Positions 9,421 to 19,730 are shown, counted from the first letter of the stretch. The stretch is 64,000 nt of DNA from a virus (IMGVR_UViG_2854078061_000001:32001-96000); one strand, 5' to 3'. Numbers and translations are program-made. The notes: generated by a model not told the origin, from the letters alone.

Positions 9421-11013
9421 TTATTTGATACGGGCGGCGATTGCGTCAAGATATGCGGCACACTGTACACTGTCCCTGTATCCATCAGCGGCGGCAATAT
9501 CGGCACGGGCGGCGGCAATGAGACGGGATACACGCATTTTATACCACTTTTCGGCGGGGTACAGCTGAGCAAGGCGGGCGGCTGTTTGTTCCATGGTATA
9601 CCCGTCAATGATACAAGCCACGGCGGCACGGGAACGGGCATCCTGTACAGTGTTTAGGATATCGGCACGGGCGGCGGTATAGTGCTCATCATATACAGCG
9701 GCATTATCCACGGCCTTGTAAAGGGCGGCATTTTCGGCGCTTTGCACGTCTTTTGCACGGCGTGCGGCCCCGTCAATATCGGCGGCATGGACATTGCCGC
9801 CGTGGTCAACACCACCAATATAAGTGCGGGCGGCACTACTCATTACAATTACCAGATTGCGGCGGCGGTATTTTTTCAGCTGTTCTTTTGCATCCCGGTA
9901 CGGCGCAAAATCCATCAAACGGGCATACCCCGCACGGCGGGCGGCATCTTTTGCGGCATCAACAGCGGCACGGGCGGCCTTTAAGTCCTCTTTTTCGGAC
10001 TTGTTGCGGGCAACTAGAGTATTGATTAAGTCGTCACAATCAATATTTTCCGGTGCTTTACCGCCGTTTTTTACAGTCCAGCGGGCAAATTGTGTAAGTA
10101 ACTCATACCCGGCAATATAGGCGGCACTCTTGATATCAGCAAAGTCCGAAATAGTCGTATTGTCGCACTTTTCAGCGGCGGCAATACTGTCCTTTATGGA
10201 CTGCAAAGCGGCCTTTTCGGCGGCGGTATTTTCGGCAATATAGCGTGTTTTGACGTGTCCGGTCAAGCCTAAAATTTTTGCGTCTCTTTTAGCAAGGGTT
10301 TGGGCGGCATCCAGAACGGCGGCGGCATCCTCATATTGTGTAGCAAGGTTTTCCATATTTTGGGCGGCTGTATTCCGCTTTGCATCCCGCACGTTGTCCC
10401 ATTGCAAGGTTAAAAAACGGGGGGCGGCACTATCCTCAAAGCGGCGTTTAACCACGTTGCACGCAACGGCACCCGCCAAACCCATCAAAGGCGATACAGC
10501 ACCAGTGTGCATGGTATGTTGTGCCGCATAGCTGGACTTATACAAGGGTGCGGGGGCCGCTGTTGGGGCGGCGGCTTTGATACCGGGATGATACGATACA
10601 GGCACACTTTCAGCCGTACCGCCCGTATAAGGCACGGCGGGGCGGCGGTATGCGGGGGCATTATCCACGGGGGCAAGGTATGCGGGGCCGTCGGGCTGGA
10701 TATAACGGTATCCCTCAACGGTACGGGTCAAAACGGGGCGGGGGTAGACACGGGCAACAGCAACGGCGGCGGCGTGCCGGGTGAAACGTCCTGTAATATC
10801 ATCAGTAATGAGCATAGCGGCAATACGAACAGCGGGGGCAATGGGGGTAATGAGCACGGCGGCGGGGGCGGTATGAGTGGCGGCAATGCGGGCGGCACGC
10901 TGGACACGGGCGGCGGCACGGCGGGCAATACGGCGATTACGGGCGGCAATACGGGTAGAAGTGGAACGGCGTACAGTTGCGGGGGCGCTGGATTTTTCGG
11001 TCAAGTACAGCAT
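9421..11013 (-). CDS. Ala-rich protein (530 aa) with possible C-terminal sigma-region-4-like HTH
   Basis: ATG 11013 after AGAAATGAGG; C-terminal DGYTMEQTAARL...VSRLIAAAR resembles an HTH. Confidence 0.65.
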   Translation of the reverse strand: MLYLTEKSSAPATVRRSTSTRIAARNRRIARRAAARVQRAARIAATHTAPAAVLITPIAPAVRIAAMLITDDITGRFTRHAAAVAVARVYPRPVLTRTVEGYRYIQPDGPAYLAPVDNAPAYRRPAVPYTGGTAESVPVSYHPGIKAAAPTAAPAPLYKSSYAAQHTMHTGAVSPLMGLAGAVACNVVKRRFEDSAAPRFLTLQWDNVRDAKRNTAAQNMENLATQYEDAAAVLDAAQTLAKRDAKILGLTGHVKTRYIAENTAAEKAALQSIKDSIAAAEKCDNTTISDFADIKSAAYIAGYELLTQFARWTVKNGGKAPENIDCDDLINTLVARNKSEKEDLKAARAAVDAAKDAARRAGYARLMDFAPYRDAKEQLKKYRRRNLVIVMSSAARTYIGGVDHGGNVHAADIDGAARRAKDVQSAENAALYKAVDNAAVYDEHYTAARADILNTVQDARSRAAVACIIDGYTMEQTAARLAQLYPAEKWYKMRVSRLIAAARADIAAADGYRDSVQCAAYLDAIAARIK

Positions 11014-11060
11014 TTTTATAAACCTCATTTCTAAAAGTTTGTAGACGGGCGGCGGCGTGG

Positions 11061-11333
11061 TTATTTCAGTATGATACAGGTGCACGCACAACGAACAGCG
11101 GCGGGGGCGGTAAATTCCGTGTGAATCATCTGTTTAAACGTGTCCAGAATTGTGAACGTTCCCCAAACATTGGGATACAAGAACAGTCCATCAATAGGCA
11201 GATACACGCCCCGCCCCCGCTCAAGTTCAGCGGCAAAAGCGGACAGTTCAGACGGCGTGCACGTCCACAAAGTGCAAAGGTGCATTGACCGGACACGGCG
11301 AAAACGGCGGGGCAATTTGTTGTTGTTTCTCAT
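11061..11333 (-). CDS. hypothetical protein (90 aa)
   Basis: ATG 11333 preceded by the same TTTTAGAAATGAGG leader as the 11013 gene. Confidence 0.5.
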   Translation of the reverse strand: MRNNNKLPRRFRRVRSMHLCTLWTCTPSELSAFAAELERGRGVYLPIDGLFLYPNVWGTFTILDTFKQMIHTEFTAPAAVRCACTCIILK

Positions 11334-12087
11334 TGAATAACCCTCATTTCTAAAAAAGTGTGATGCCAGCCCACCACGGCGGCGGGCCTGTCTATATAGT
11401 ACAGCCACAAAAATACATGGTAACGCAATACAACAAAAAAACAGCAAAGAAATTTTAAGGCACAACAGGCAGTTGTAAAAATCCAGGCAGAATTCCAGAT
11501 TTCCAGCACTCGAATACTACCTAATAACGGAAGGTAGCATTCACCGAAAACCCGCATGAATCCTAGACTTTTCGGGCCATACCGGGGGGATGTTAAAAAT
11601 TGGAAAGGGGGTCGAGTTTGGGTCGTGCGTACCAGTTATTCCATCTCCCCAGCCCGTACCAAATCACCCGGTTTTCGCACATCGCCTGCCCCTCACTCGC
11701 CTCCTATACGCAACAATCATCCATCCGCATTCGCTCCAAATTCGCAGTCACCAGCACCCAAAATCACCTGTTGATCGCCCATAAATCACCAATCATCTCC
11801 CCTATCTGCGCACCCGTAAAACGCCCATATTTAACCCCCGATTTCGTCTCCTGTAAATAACGTATTATCGTTATAAAATGCTCCCAGTCAATAATGATTT
11901 TCATCCCAATTTTCACGCAGTTGTGTCTCGATCACCGTGTAATAGCGTCTCAAAAGCGCCGTAGAAACGCTTAAAATGCATTATTTTTGCTCATTTTTGC
12001 TTAATTTTAATAATTTTCTGCCATTTTTACTATATTTTATTTATTATTACAACAGATTATTTTATTCCGGTATTTTGCACAAAACTA

Positions 12088-12116
12088 TTGCTTTTACCGC
12101 GCCATGGGTGTATAAT
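12088..12116 (+). promoter_or_regulatory. sigmaA-type promoter for the rightward operon
   Basis: TTGCTT-17 nt-TATAAT preceded by an AT-rich UP-like tract. Confidence 0.65.
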
Positions 12117-12221
12117 AAGGTATAAAGAAAAAGCCCGCAGTTCTCTCCACAGCTGCGAGCTTATATTTTCAGTAGTCAATCACACTTTACAATATCATTA
12201 TCAAAGGAGGATCACCCGTTA

Positions 12222-13613
12222 ATGAAGTTTTATGACACCTCCGCGCTTCTTGATTTGGGAGCCGCCGCTTTCGAACCTGCCAGTGCAACAGCCTCTGGTG
12301 CAACAGAGCCGTTTCTGATTGCCGATATGACGCTGCACGAGCTGGAAGAGATCAAGACAAGCGGCAAGAAGAGCGAAGAGATCCGCTATAAGGCCCGTAC
12401 TGTAACCCGCCTGCTGGCCGAGCATCACGACGACAACACCTTTATGGTAGTGGCAGTCCCCATGTCTTCCCTGTTCTATATCCTGGATGGCAAACCGATC
12501 AGCGATAACAACGACGCGACGATCATGGCAACCGCCCGCTGGTATCTGGACGAGATGAAGCGCAATCTGAATGACGCGATTGAAGCCGGACTCCCGGAAG
12601 CACAGCGACAGATCCAGGCCAACATTGATTCTTTCAGGTTCGTCACCAGCGACCTAAGTTGCGCCAATATCGCCAGCGGCATTCTTGATCTGCCGATCGA
12701 GTTCTCCTATCCCGATGCAGCAGCAAGCGCCAATAATAACTACACTGGCTAGACTGAAGTCACTCTTGATGAAGGCGGCGAGGAAGCCATGGCGATGGCA
12801 TATCAAACCCACGATGAAGGCTATACATATCAGAATCTGTTTGACACTCCAGTGAATGGCTATCTGATTGTTCGTGATCCAGACACAGTAGACGATGATA
12901 TGCCGGCAGGCAATGCGGTAGGCTGGCTACGATGGAATGGCAAGAAATATGTACCACTCAAATACAAAAAGATCAGTAATCGCTTCACTGGCGACGTAAA
13001 ACCACTCAATGACCAACAGAAGCTCGCATTTGATATGCTGCAGAACGACGATATTACAGTTAAAATGCTGGCTGGAACATTCGGCAGCGGCAAGACAATG
13101 CTTATGGTGTCCTCTGCCATTGATATGATCGAGAAGCACAAGGTTGAGAAGCTGATCTGGATTCGCAATAACATCGAAGTCAAGAATACCAAGGAGTTGG
13201 GTGCACTACCTGGCACTCTACTAGAGAAGCTCGGCGCTGCTTCTTTTGCTGGACCTCTGGCTGATCACTTGGGCGGCGAAGCTGGTTTGGAATACTGGAT
13301 CAATAATGGGCAGGTAGAAGTAGCTCACCTTGGATTTATTCGTGGCCGCGACTACAAGAACGCAATTATTATGGTTTCAGAGGCTGAGAATCTGACCAAA
13401 GAGCATGTACAGCTGCTACTCGGCCGTGTTGGTGAAGGATCTATGCTGTGGCTTGATGGCGATCTGAAGCAGACTGACGAGGCCGTGTTTGAAAATAACA
13501 GCGGTATGCGTAAGGCAATTCAGTGTCTGGCTGGCAACCCGCACTTTGGATATGTCTACCTGAACAAGACAGAACGCAGCGAGACCGCACAACTGGCTGA
13601 CCTGTTAGACTAA
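12222..13613 (+). CDS. phoH: PIN-PhoH family ATPase (463 aa; internal TAG 12750 read through)
   Basis: N-terminal PIN (FYDTSAL, ELEEIK, NNDATI, TSD) in frame across TAG with PhoH domain (GTFGSGKT, RGRD, SEAENLT, GDLKQTD). Confidence 0.9.
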
Positions 13614-13627
13614 GGGGGCACAGCAGA

Positions 13628-13909
13628 ATGATAGAAGTAAGAATAGACGGATTACGACCAATGGATTACATCTCTCCTACTGGCGACTGGAACTATGAAG
13701 CGATTGACGGTTTAGCGAAAGAGTTGTGTGACCGACTTCGAGAAGTTGAGACAGAACAGATACTGGAGGAATTCAAAAAATATATAGAAAACCAACATTC
13801 TGACAATATGGTTATATTAAACCAATTGCAAGCTCAATTGAATAATATAGCTACACACCGATATCTGATTACACCATTTAACAGAGGCATAGTAGCATGG
13901 GACAGATGA
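13628..13909 (+). CDS. hypothetical protein
   Basis: ORF with AAGGGG RBS. Confidence 0.6.
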   Translation: MIEVRIDGLRPMDYISPTGDWNYEAIDGLAKELCDRLREVETEQILEEFKKYIENQHSDNMVILNQLQAQLNNIATHRYLITPFNRGIVAWDR

Positions 13910-14226
13910 GCAAAGCTAGTGAAGAAATATTTTATACAACCAATGAGTATCTGACCTATAAGATGTCTCGATATTTTGACACTTATGTTCTGTTGCTTGG
14001 TTTAAAAGACAACTCAGGATTCTTCATGGATTTTGTCGGTGGAGCAGGAGTCCATTATCATCTATATAAGCAGACGGGACCTGCTGTATTTGCATTTATC
14101 GATGATAATTATAAGGTACTTCGTGGAGACGACGCAGAATGGATTACTAATCTTGCTTTGAAAATATGCCAACAATATGACGAACAGCTGTTCAACGAAC
14201 AATGTGTCTGTGAGACTTTGCTATAA
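13897..14226 (+). CDS. CxCExLL-tag protein 1
   Basis: Ends EQCVCETLL*. Confidence 0.75.
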   Translation: MGQMSKASEEIFYTTNEYLTYKMSRYFDTYVLLLGLKDNSGFFMDFVGGAGVHYHLYKQTGPAVFAFIDDNYKVLRGDDAEWITNLALKICQQYDEQLFNEQCVCETLL

Positions 14227-14240
14227 CAGGAGAAGAAATC

Positions 14241-14660
14241 ATGCGCGTTTTATTCGTAAGGTCATCGATCTATGACACAGTATGCGACTGGTATGAACGC
14301 ATGGATACTGTGCAAAAGCATCGCAAGGAGACCGCAATCTGTAAATCACCCGAAGATTTTTGGGATATATTCAATAAAGATAAATTCGGTGCACAATATA
14401 CGACATTCTATTTTGACGATAGGTTGGCGCTGACCGATACTTTTGAATTTTTCAAAGAGATCGCGCGGTTGTATGGTGAAGAGGATGCGAAATATATTTC
14501 AGAAAATAAAATGCGGCGGATCACCATGAACTATTTAATGAACAACAATCAGTTTGACTTGTTCCAGCAGTTCTCCATCACACCCGAATGTCTGGACGAT
14601 GTAATCCATGATGCTCTGGCTGATCAACAGTGTGAATGTGTGTGCAGACCGCTATTGTAA
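14241..14660 (+). CDS. CxCExLL-tag protein 2
   Basis: AGGAG RBS; ends CECVCRPLL*. Confidence 0.8.
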   Translation: MRVLFVRSSIYDTVCDWYERMDTVQKHRKETAICKSPEDFWDIFNKDKFGAQYTTFYFDDRLALTDTFEFFKEIARLYGEEDAKYISENKMRRITMNYLMNNNQFDLFQQFSITPECLDDVIHDALADQQCECVCRPLL

Positions 14661-14674
14661 AGGAGAGGCAAAAT

Positions 14675-15139
14675 ATGGAAAGAATACTAACGCCACGAGG
14701 CGGTGGACGTACATATGCGATATGCGAATACGCTGTCAAGAACAATTGCAATATCTTGGTGCCGATGGGCGGGACGGCTATATTATGTGCACAGGACTAT
14801 ATCAAGGAAATCGCAAGGAATCTTGATATTCAATATTAGGGGTATAGGGTTGATCATCAATGCCTTATAGTAGATTTACAAAGCAGAGCTCGCGGAGAAT
14901 ACAGTATTCACGTGATAACAACTACTTGTCCTCCCGATAATTATCGTGGATTGCACTTAGAGGATAAGCCACTTGTTGTTGATGATATTGACCGATGCTT
15001 TAAGTTCATGTGCTTCCCGAATGTGCGAATTGATGCCTGTTCTCTGATGACATATGATCCGAGCGAGGTTGCGTTTACACCGCCAACTGCACCTCAAGAA
15101 GTGCAGCGGGATGAATGCGTGTGTGACAGCTTGGTATAA
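14675..15139 (+). CDS. CxCExLL-tag protein 3, degenerate P-loop ATPase-like (internal TAG 14837)
   Basis: AAGGAG RBS; PRGGGRT and LVVDD motifs; frame open across TAG; ends DECVCDSLV*. Confidence 0.75.
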
Positions 15140-15153
15140 CAGAGGTGCCAACA

Positions 15154-15462
15154 ATGGATAAATTTGATACGCTACATGATGATCGCACGCTGAGATGGTG
15201 TAAGTACAGATATCCCGATGATATCAACAGTGGCGAGTTTACTTTTGACTGGGCGAAAGATGGATTCACATGGACTCTGCCAAGCGATAAACCACTGCGA
15301 ACCACAAACGAAATCGTATCTTACATTGACGCAAATGGTAATCAGCGTGAAGTTCAAGCGGAAGTAAAATACTATGGAATGGGACACGACACGCTGTGGA
15401 CGATTGCAATTCCTAATGTTGTCGAGGCAGAAAACGAGTGTGTCTGCGAATCACTATTATGA
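15154..15462 (+). CDS. CxCExLL-tag protein 4
   Basis: AGAGGT RBS; ends NECVCESLL*. Confidence 0.8.
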   Translation: MDKFDTLHDDRTLRWCKYRYPDDINSGEFTFDWAKDGFTWTLPSDKPLRTTNEIVSYIDANGNQREVQAEVKYYGMGHDTLWTIAIPNVVEAENECVCESLL

Positions 15463-15470
15463 GGCACGAT

Positions 15471-15752
15471 ATGAACAATCAATTATTGATACCCGATGAT
15501 AAGATATACATATATCCATCAGATTGGAAGCAGCCTGTACGAATTCAATTTGAAAATAGATCGACCATAGACACTGTAAATCATGGCAATTCACATCACA
15601 CTATTCAATTCGACAAATGGGTTGATTATAACACCATAGTTACTGATGAAACTTTACAAAAGCTTATCAAAGACTATATATCGAAAAATTTTCCAAAAGA
15701 AGAATACAGTGTATCTATTCACAATGAGTGTTACTGTGAGAGCCTATTATGA
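15471..15752 (+). CDS. CxCExLL-tag protein 5
   Basis: GAGG RBS; ends NECYCESLL*. Confidence 0.75.
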   Translation: MNNQLLIPDDKIYIYPSDWKQPVRIQFENRSTIDTVNHGNSHHTIQFDKWVDYNTIVTDETLQKLIKDYISKNFPKEEYSVSIHNECYCESLL

Positions 15753-16063
15753 AAAAATATATCAGTGAAGAAGTACAACAACAAGCAGCCCTACAATTAC
15801 ATATCGAAATTGAAAATGATTGTAAAATAAAATTTGATAATTTCAGATTTCAAATAGACGAAGACGATATGACGGTTTGCCGCTATGGAGAACCAGATGA
15901 AACGTTTGTAGTTAAAAGGAAAGTAAGACTTTTCTTATTAAATAACGGATTTGAATTCGAAATTGCTGGGCCTTATGCTGAACAGATGTACAGACGATAT
16001 CTTAAACTGATAAATGGAGATATCAATACAAATAGTGAATATTATTGTGAAAGTCTATTGTAA
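15749..16063 (+). CDS. CxCExLL-tag protein 6
   Basis: ATGA overlap with previous gene; ends SEYYCESLL*. Confidence 0.8.
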   Translation: MKKYISEEVQQQAALQLHIEIENDCKIKFDNFRFQIDEDDMTVCRYGEPDETFVVKRKVRLFLLNNGFEFEIAGPYAEQMYRRYLKLINGDINTNSEYYCESLL

Positions 16064-16068
16064 AGAAG

Positions 16069-16338
16069 GTGAAAATATTGGATGAACAAGAGCTAACTGT
16101 AAGAGTTGAAGAAATAGATAATCATTTATTTTCTATGCACGATACAGTGAACCATGCGATTATTAAAGTCGATGAAGCAAATAATCTGTCGCATTTTGCA
16201 GTAGAACGTATAGATACTATAAGAGCAACAACAATTTCGTATCAAACTGCGATTGATCAATTACAAGCTCGAATCGCAGAACTTGAACATAAAATCGATT
16301 TGCTGACAGGGCCATGTATTTGTGAGCCGCTGCTATAA
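16069..16338 (+). CDS. CxCExLL-tag protein 7 (coiled coil)
   Basis: Start GTG 16069 or TTG 16078; heptad pattern; ends GPCICEPLL*. Confidence 0.75.
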   Translation: MKILDEQELTVRVEEIDNHLFSMHDTVNHAIIKVDEANNLSHFAVERIDTIRATTISYQTAIDQLQARIAELEHKIDLLTGPCICEPLL

Positions 16339-16349
16339 GGAGGAACTAT

Positions 16350-16625
16350 ATGAAAGAAAACGACTTTTCAAAACAGGATATTTATAATATTGGATTTGCC
16401 GTAGCTGATGCTGTGCGCGATTATGATGTAACTTACGAGGGTATCCTTGACGCGATTCAGGTATATGCAGAATAGCAGGAACTGATCGGCAATGCATCGC
16501 TTTATGATACGTTGTGGATGGAAGATGGTACGCCCATGTCCCCTTCTTTGACACGATATTTATTTCACGAGATGTACTGCCCAGATGATTATGGTTATGA
16601 TGAGGAGGACGGCGACGATGAGTGA
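16350..16625 (+). CDS. hypothetical acidic protein (91 aa; internal TAG 16473)
   Basis: AAGGAGG RBS; VYAE*QELIG; frame continues to a TGA overlapping the next start; absent from ORF track. Confidence 0.7.
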
Positions 16626-16797
16626 TCGCAAGCGTGATAAGGTGTCTAAGAGCAGCTATATGCGTAACGCCCGCAAACAGCGTATGATTGAGAATCAGTT
16701 TTTGCAGGAAGTTGAGAAGGCTCAGGAAAGCGGCGAACGCCAGCGGCAATCAGAGCGGCGGAAGCGGCGCACAATGTGGGACGACGACGAGGATTAA
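16618..16797 (+). CDS. small highly charged protein (59 aa)
   Basis: GAGGAGG RBS; MSDRKRDK... Confidence 0.65.
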   Translation: MSDRKRDKVSKSSYMRNARKQRMIENQFLQEVEKAQESGERQRQSERRKRRTMWDDDED

Positions 16798-16813
16798 GGA
16801 GGTACACAATAGT

Positions 16814-17173
16814 ATGGACAAAGAGCCTAAGAAGCCGGGCGGAGAGAACGATACAGAGCGAGACGATATTCAGGAGATCCGCGTTAACTCTATTCCGCTG
16901 ATGGTACTTATCGCTGGTGTTTTAAGTTCCGTTGACTTTGTTGATTGGATGTTTACTATCGCAGAAATGCTTGTTGTATTTGTGCTTACATATCAGATCC
17001 TAGGGCGTATGCTTTTTACTGCCCTGGTGGTTACGCCCATTTTGGTTGTGTTTATCAGTAAGTGTCTGGCGGCCTACGATGAGATCATGTATGGCGACGA
17101 TGATATGGGCGGCGATGGCGAAGATGACGGCGATGACCACTTTAATGACCACTGGAATAATTTGATTCATTGA
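16814..17173 (+). CDS. membrane protein with acidic tail
   Basis: AAGGAGGT RBS; about three hydrophobic segments. Confidence 0.7.
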   Translation: MDKEPKKPGGENDTERDDIQEIRVNSIPLMVLIAGVLSSVDFVDWMFTIAEMLVVFVLTYQILGRMLFTALVVTPILVVFISKCLAAYDEIMYGDDDMGGDGEDDGDDHFNDHWNNLIH

Positions 17174-17186
17174 GGAGTGATATTAT

Positions 17187-19730
17187 TTGTTTAGTCCACC
17201 ATTATATAGCGTACTAAAATTTAACTTGAATTATATCGTTTCTCATAACTATAATTTTAAACTGACACCAGAAGAGATGGAGCAGTATGAGGTCTTACAG
17301 GGCGACGATATGTTGTTCAGACAAATTCGGCTCATTTCCGACGACTAGAATAAATTCCAGCGCTTTATTATCTTTGTTGATGCAACAGGTGGCCAGAACC
17401 ACCCTGATGCTATTGATCATTTAGTAGAGCATGGATTCAAATTTAATGGCCAGAAATATCTGTTCTGTGAACGTAGTGCAAGTATGGTCCGTCAGAGCAT
17501 GTTAAGTTTTGTTGAGCGACATATCTACCCTGAACTTGACCGCCGCGTAAGCATGGAACTGGATTTTTCTGAGACACCCACCGTCCTGAGCAAGTATTAT
17601 GCTTATCGTGGTTTGATGCTGAGTAGCTGCCACTGCCTAGAGAACTGGTACCCCAAAATGATTGTTGTTCCAGACTATATGACAACGATCAAGAATCAGT
17701 GGATCGAGTATCTGGTAGACAAGACTGTGACGTTTAATGACCGCAAAACAGGCAAAGAGCGTACCTGGACTCAGAAAGATATCGCCACAAAAACAGTTGA
17801 CATTGATATCAACGCCTTTGATGGCGCTGGAATCTGCCACCCAAGTATCATGCGCGAATTTGAAAAGCGTATCGGCACTTCTGAACGGATGAACAGCTTG
17901 ATTTTGCGTGCTCCATATATCAAGGGTTGCTTACACGAGATTGATTACGAGCGTTTTTTTGAAGAGAACGGCGTTACAAAAATCAAGGACATCTGGGGCA
18001 TGGAATATGATGTAACACCTGGCAGCGAACCAATGATTATTATTACTGCTTCAATGTACAAGGGTCTCAAATATTTCAAGAAAACTGGTACCTATTCTGA
18101 CTGGGAGAGATATTGGGAACTTTTCAAGAAGTACGACAACTGCCTTGGTGTAGCTAAATGGAACTTTACGCTTGAACAAGAACCGCTTTCCACCCGTAGC
18201 AACTATCAGGTCATTCAAGATCTACAGCTCGACAATGAGTCTTTTAAGCATCTAGCTGACGACAGCATTACCTGGTATCAGAATATTGTCAAAGGCGACC
18301 CAATTTATACATACTGCTTCCTTGGTTTACTTGCCGAGAACAACGACCCGATGAATCATTACATGGCTGCTGCCCTGCGTAACCCAGTGATGGTGAAAGA
18401 GCCTGCAATCAAAGATTATATTCACTCGCTGCTTGATAAATATCGCAATGAGATGAAGTGCGGTCGGCTTTGGATGAATGCTACTTTTAAGTTCTGGGCT
18501 CCTGACCTTATTGCACTATTGCAGCACATTGGTGGCCTACCTGTGACTGGCTGCCTTGAAGACGGTGAGTTCTACAGCTTTGATCGTCGTGGTGTGATGG
18601 AGGGAGACCGCTTAATTGAGCGCAATCCCCATATCTCTGTTGCAGAACATGTAAAGGCCAAGGCCGTAGACAACGAATACACCCGCAAATACTGCAGCCA
18701 TCTTCAGAATGTTGCTATGGTAAATATCAAATCCATCGTGGCTTCCAGACTCAATGGTTCGGATTTTGATGGCGACCTGGTTCTAATCATCGATAATCCG
18801 CTGATGATGAGTGGTGTTCCTGATAATATCCCCATTACACTCGATGTTGAAGATAAGATCACTGCGTTGGCAGAATGTGATATTGTGAAGAACAAAGTTG
18901 CCTGCACCATTCGCGGATTGAAGAGTTCTATTGGCGAAATTTCAAACTACGCAACTGCATACCATAATAAGGTTCCGACCATGGAAAAGACCAAGAAGCT
19001 CTATCACGATAATATTTCGCTTTTGAGCATCTGCAACGGAAAAGCTATCGATTATGCTAAAACAGGTGTTCTATATCCGATCCCGCGTAATGTAGCAGCT
19101 TATGGTCGTCCTCTACCCTACTTTATGAAGTATGCAGGCCCTTACTACGCACGTTTACATAATCTCAGCAAGGCACATAGCAACATGAACCTGCTTTGCA
19201 TGAGTCTGGAGCGTTGGGAGCGCGGTGTACGGTGGCGTAAAGAGCCCGCAGGCAGCTTTGATTGGCATATCATGTACGATCCAGAGGTCTCCTATGACCA
19301 GGCAGTCTTTGATGAGATCGAAGCCATTTTCTTGGACTTCAACAAATGCCGCAAGGAACAGCTTGAGTTCGAAAAGAAATGTCGCAACTGGCAATTATAT
19401 CATAAGGACATCGAGTCGCGTATTACCAAAGAAGAGGCTAAGACATATGAGACGAACTGGCAGGCGATCTACAATGTCTACCGTAACAAGTGTAAGCTGG
19501 TGTGTCCTGATGTGAGAGAGCTGGCGAATATTCTTGTAGTGCTTTGCTATGAGAAGTATCCCAATAAATTCAAGAAGTTTTTGTGGCACATGGCCGGCGC
19601 TGGTGTGGTCGAAAATATCAAGCCGGTTCCTGTTCAGCTGCCAGTTCACGATCCGAACGGCGAGTACGAATACCTTGGCCAGCGATATAGTCTGGCTGAA
19701 CCGAAAATTTATGAAGCGAGGGTGAAATAA
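17187..19730 (+). CDS. YonO-like single-subunit (double-psi beta-barrel, RdRP-like) RNA polymerase (847 aa; internal TAG 17346)
   Basis: TTG start with GAGGAG RBS; catalytic NGSDFDGD, ERNPH, DGAG, AIDYAKTG motifs; position upstream of head genes as in SPbeta. Confidence 0.88.

Noticed and set aside
13897-16338. Integron-like cassette array or CRISPR-like DNA repeat
   Set aside because: The shared 3' ends differ at synonymous positions and lack inverted-repeat attC structure or fixed spacing; conservation is at protein level.
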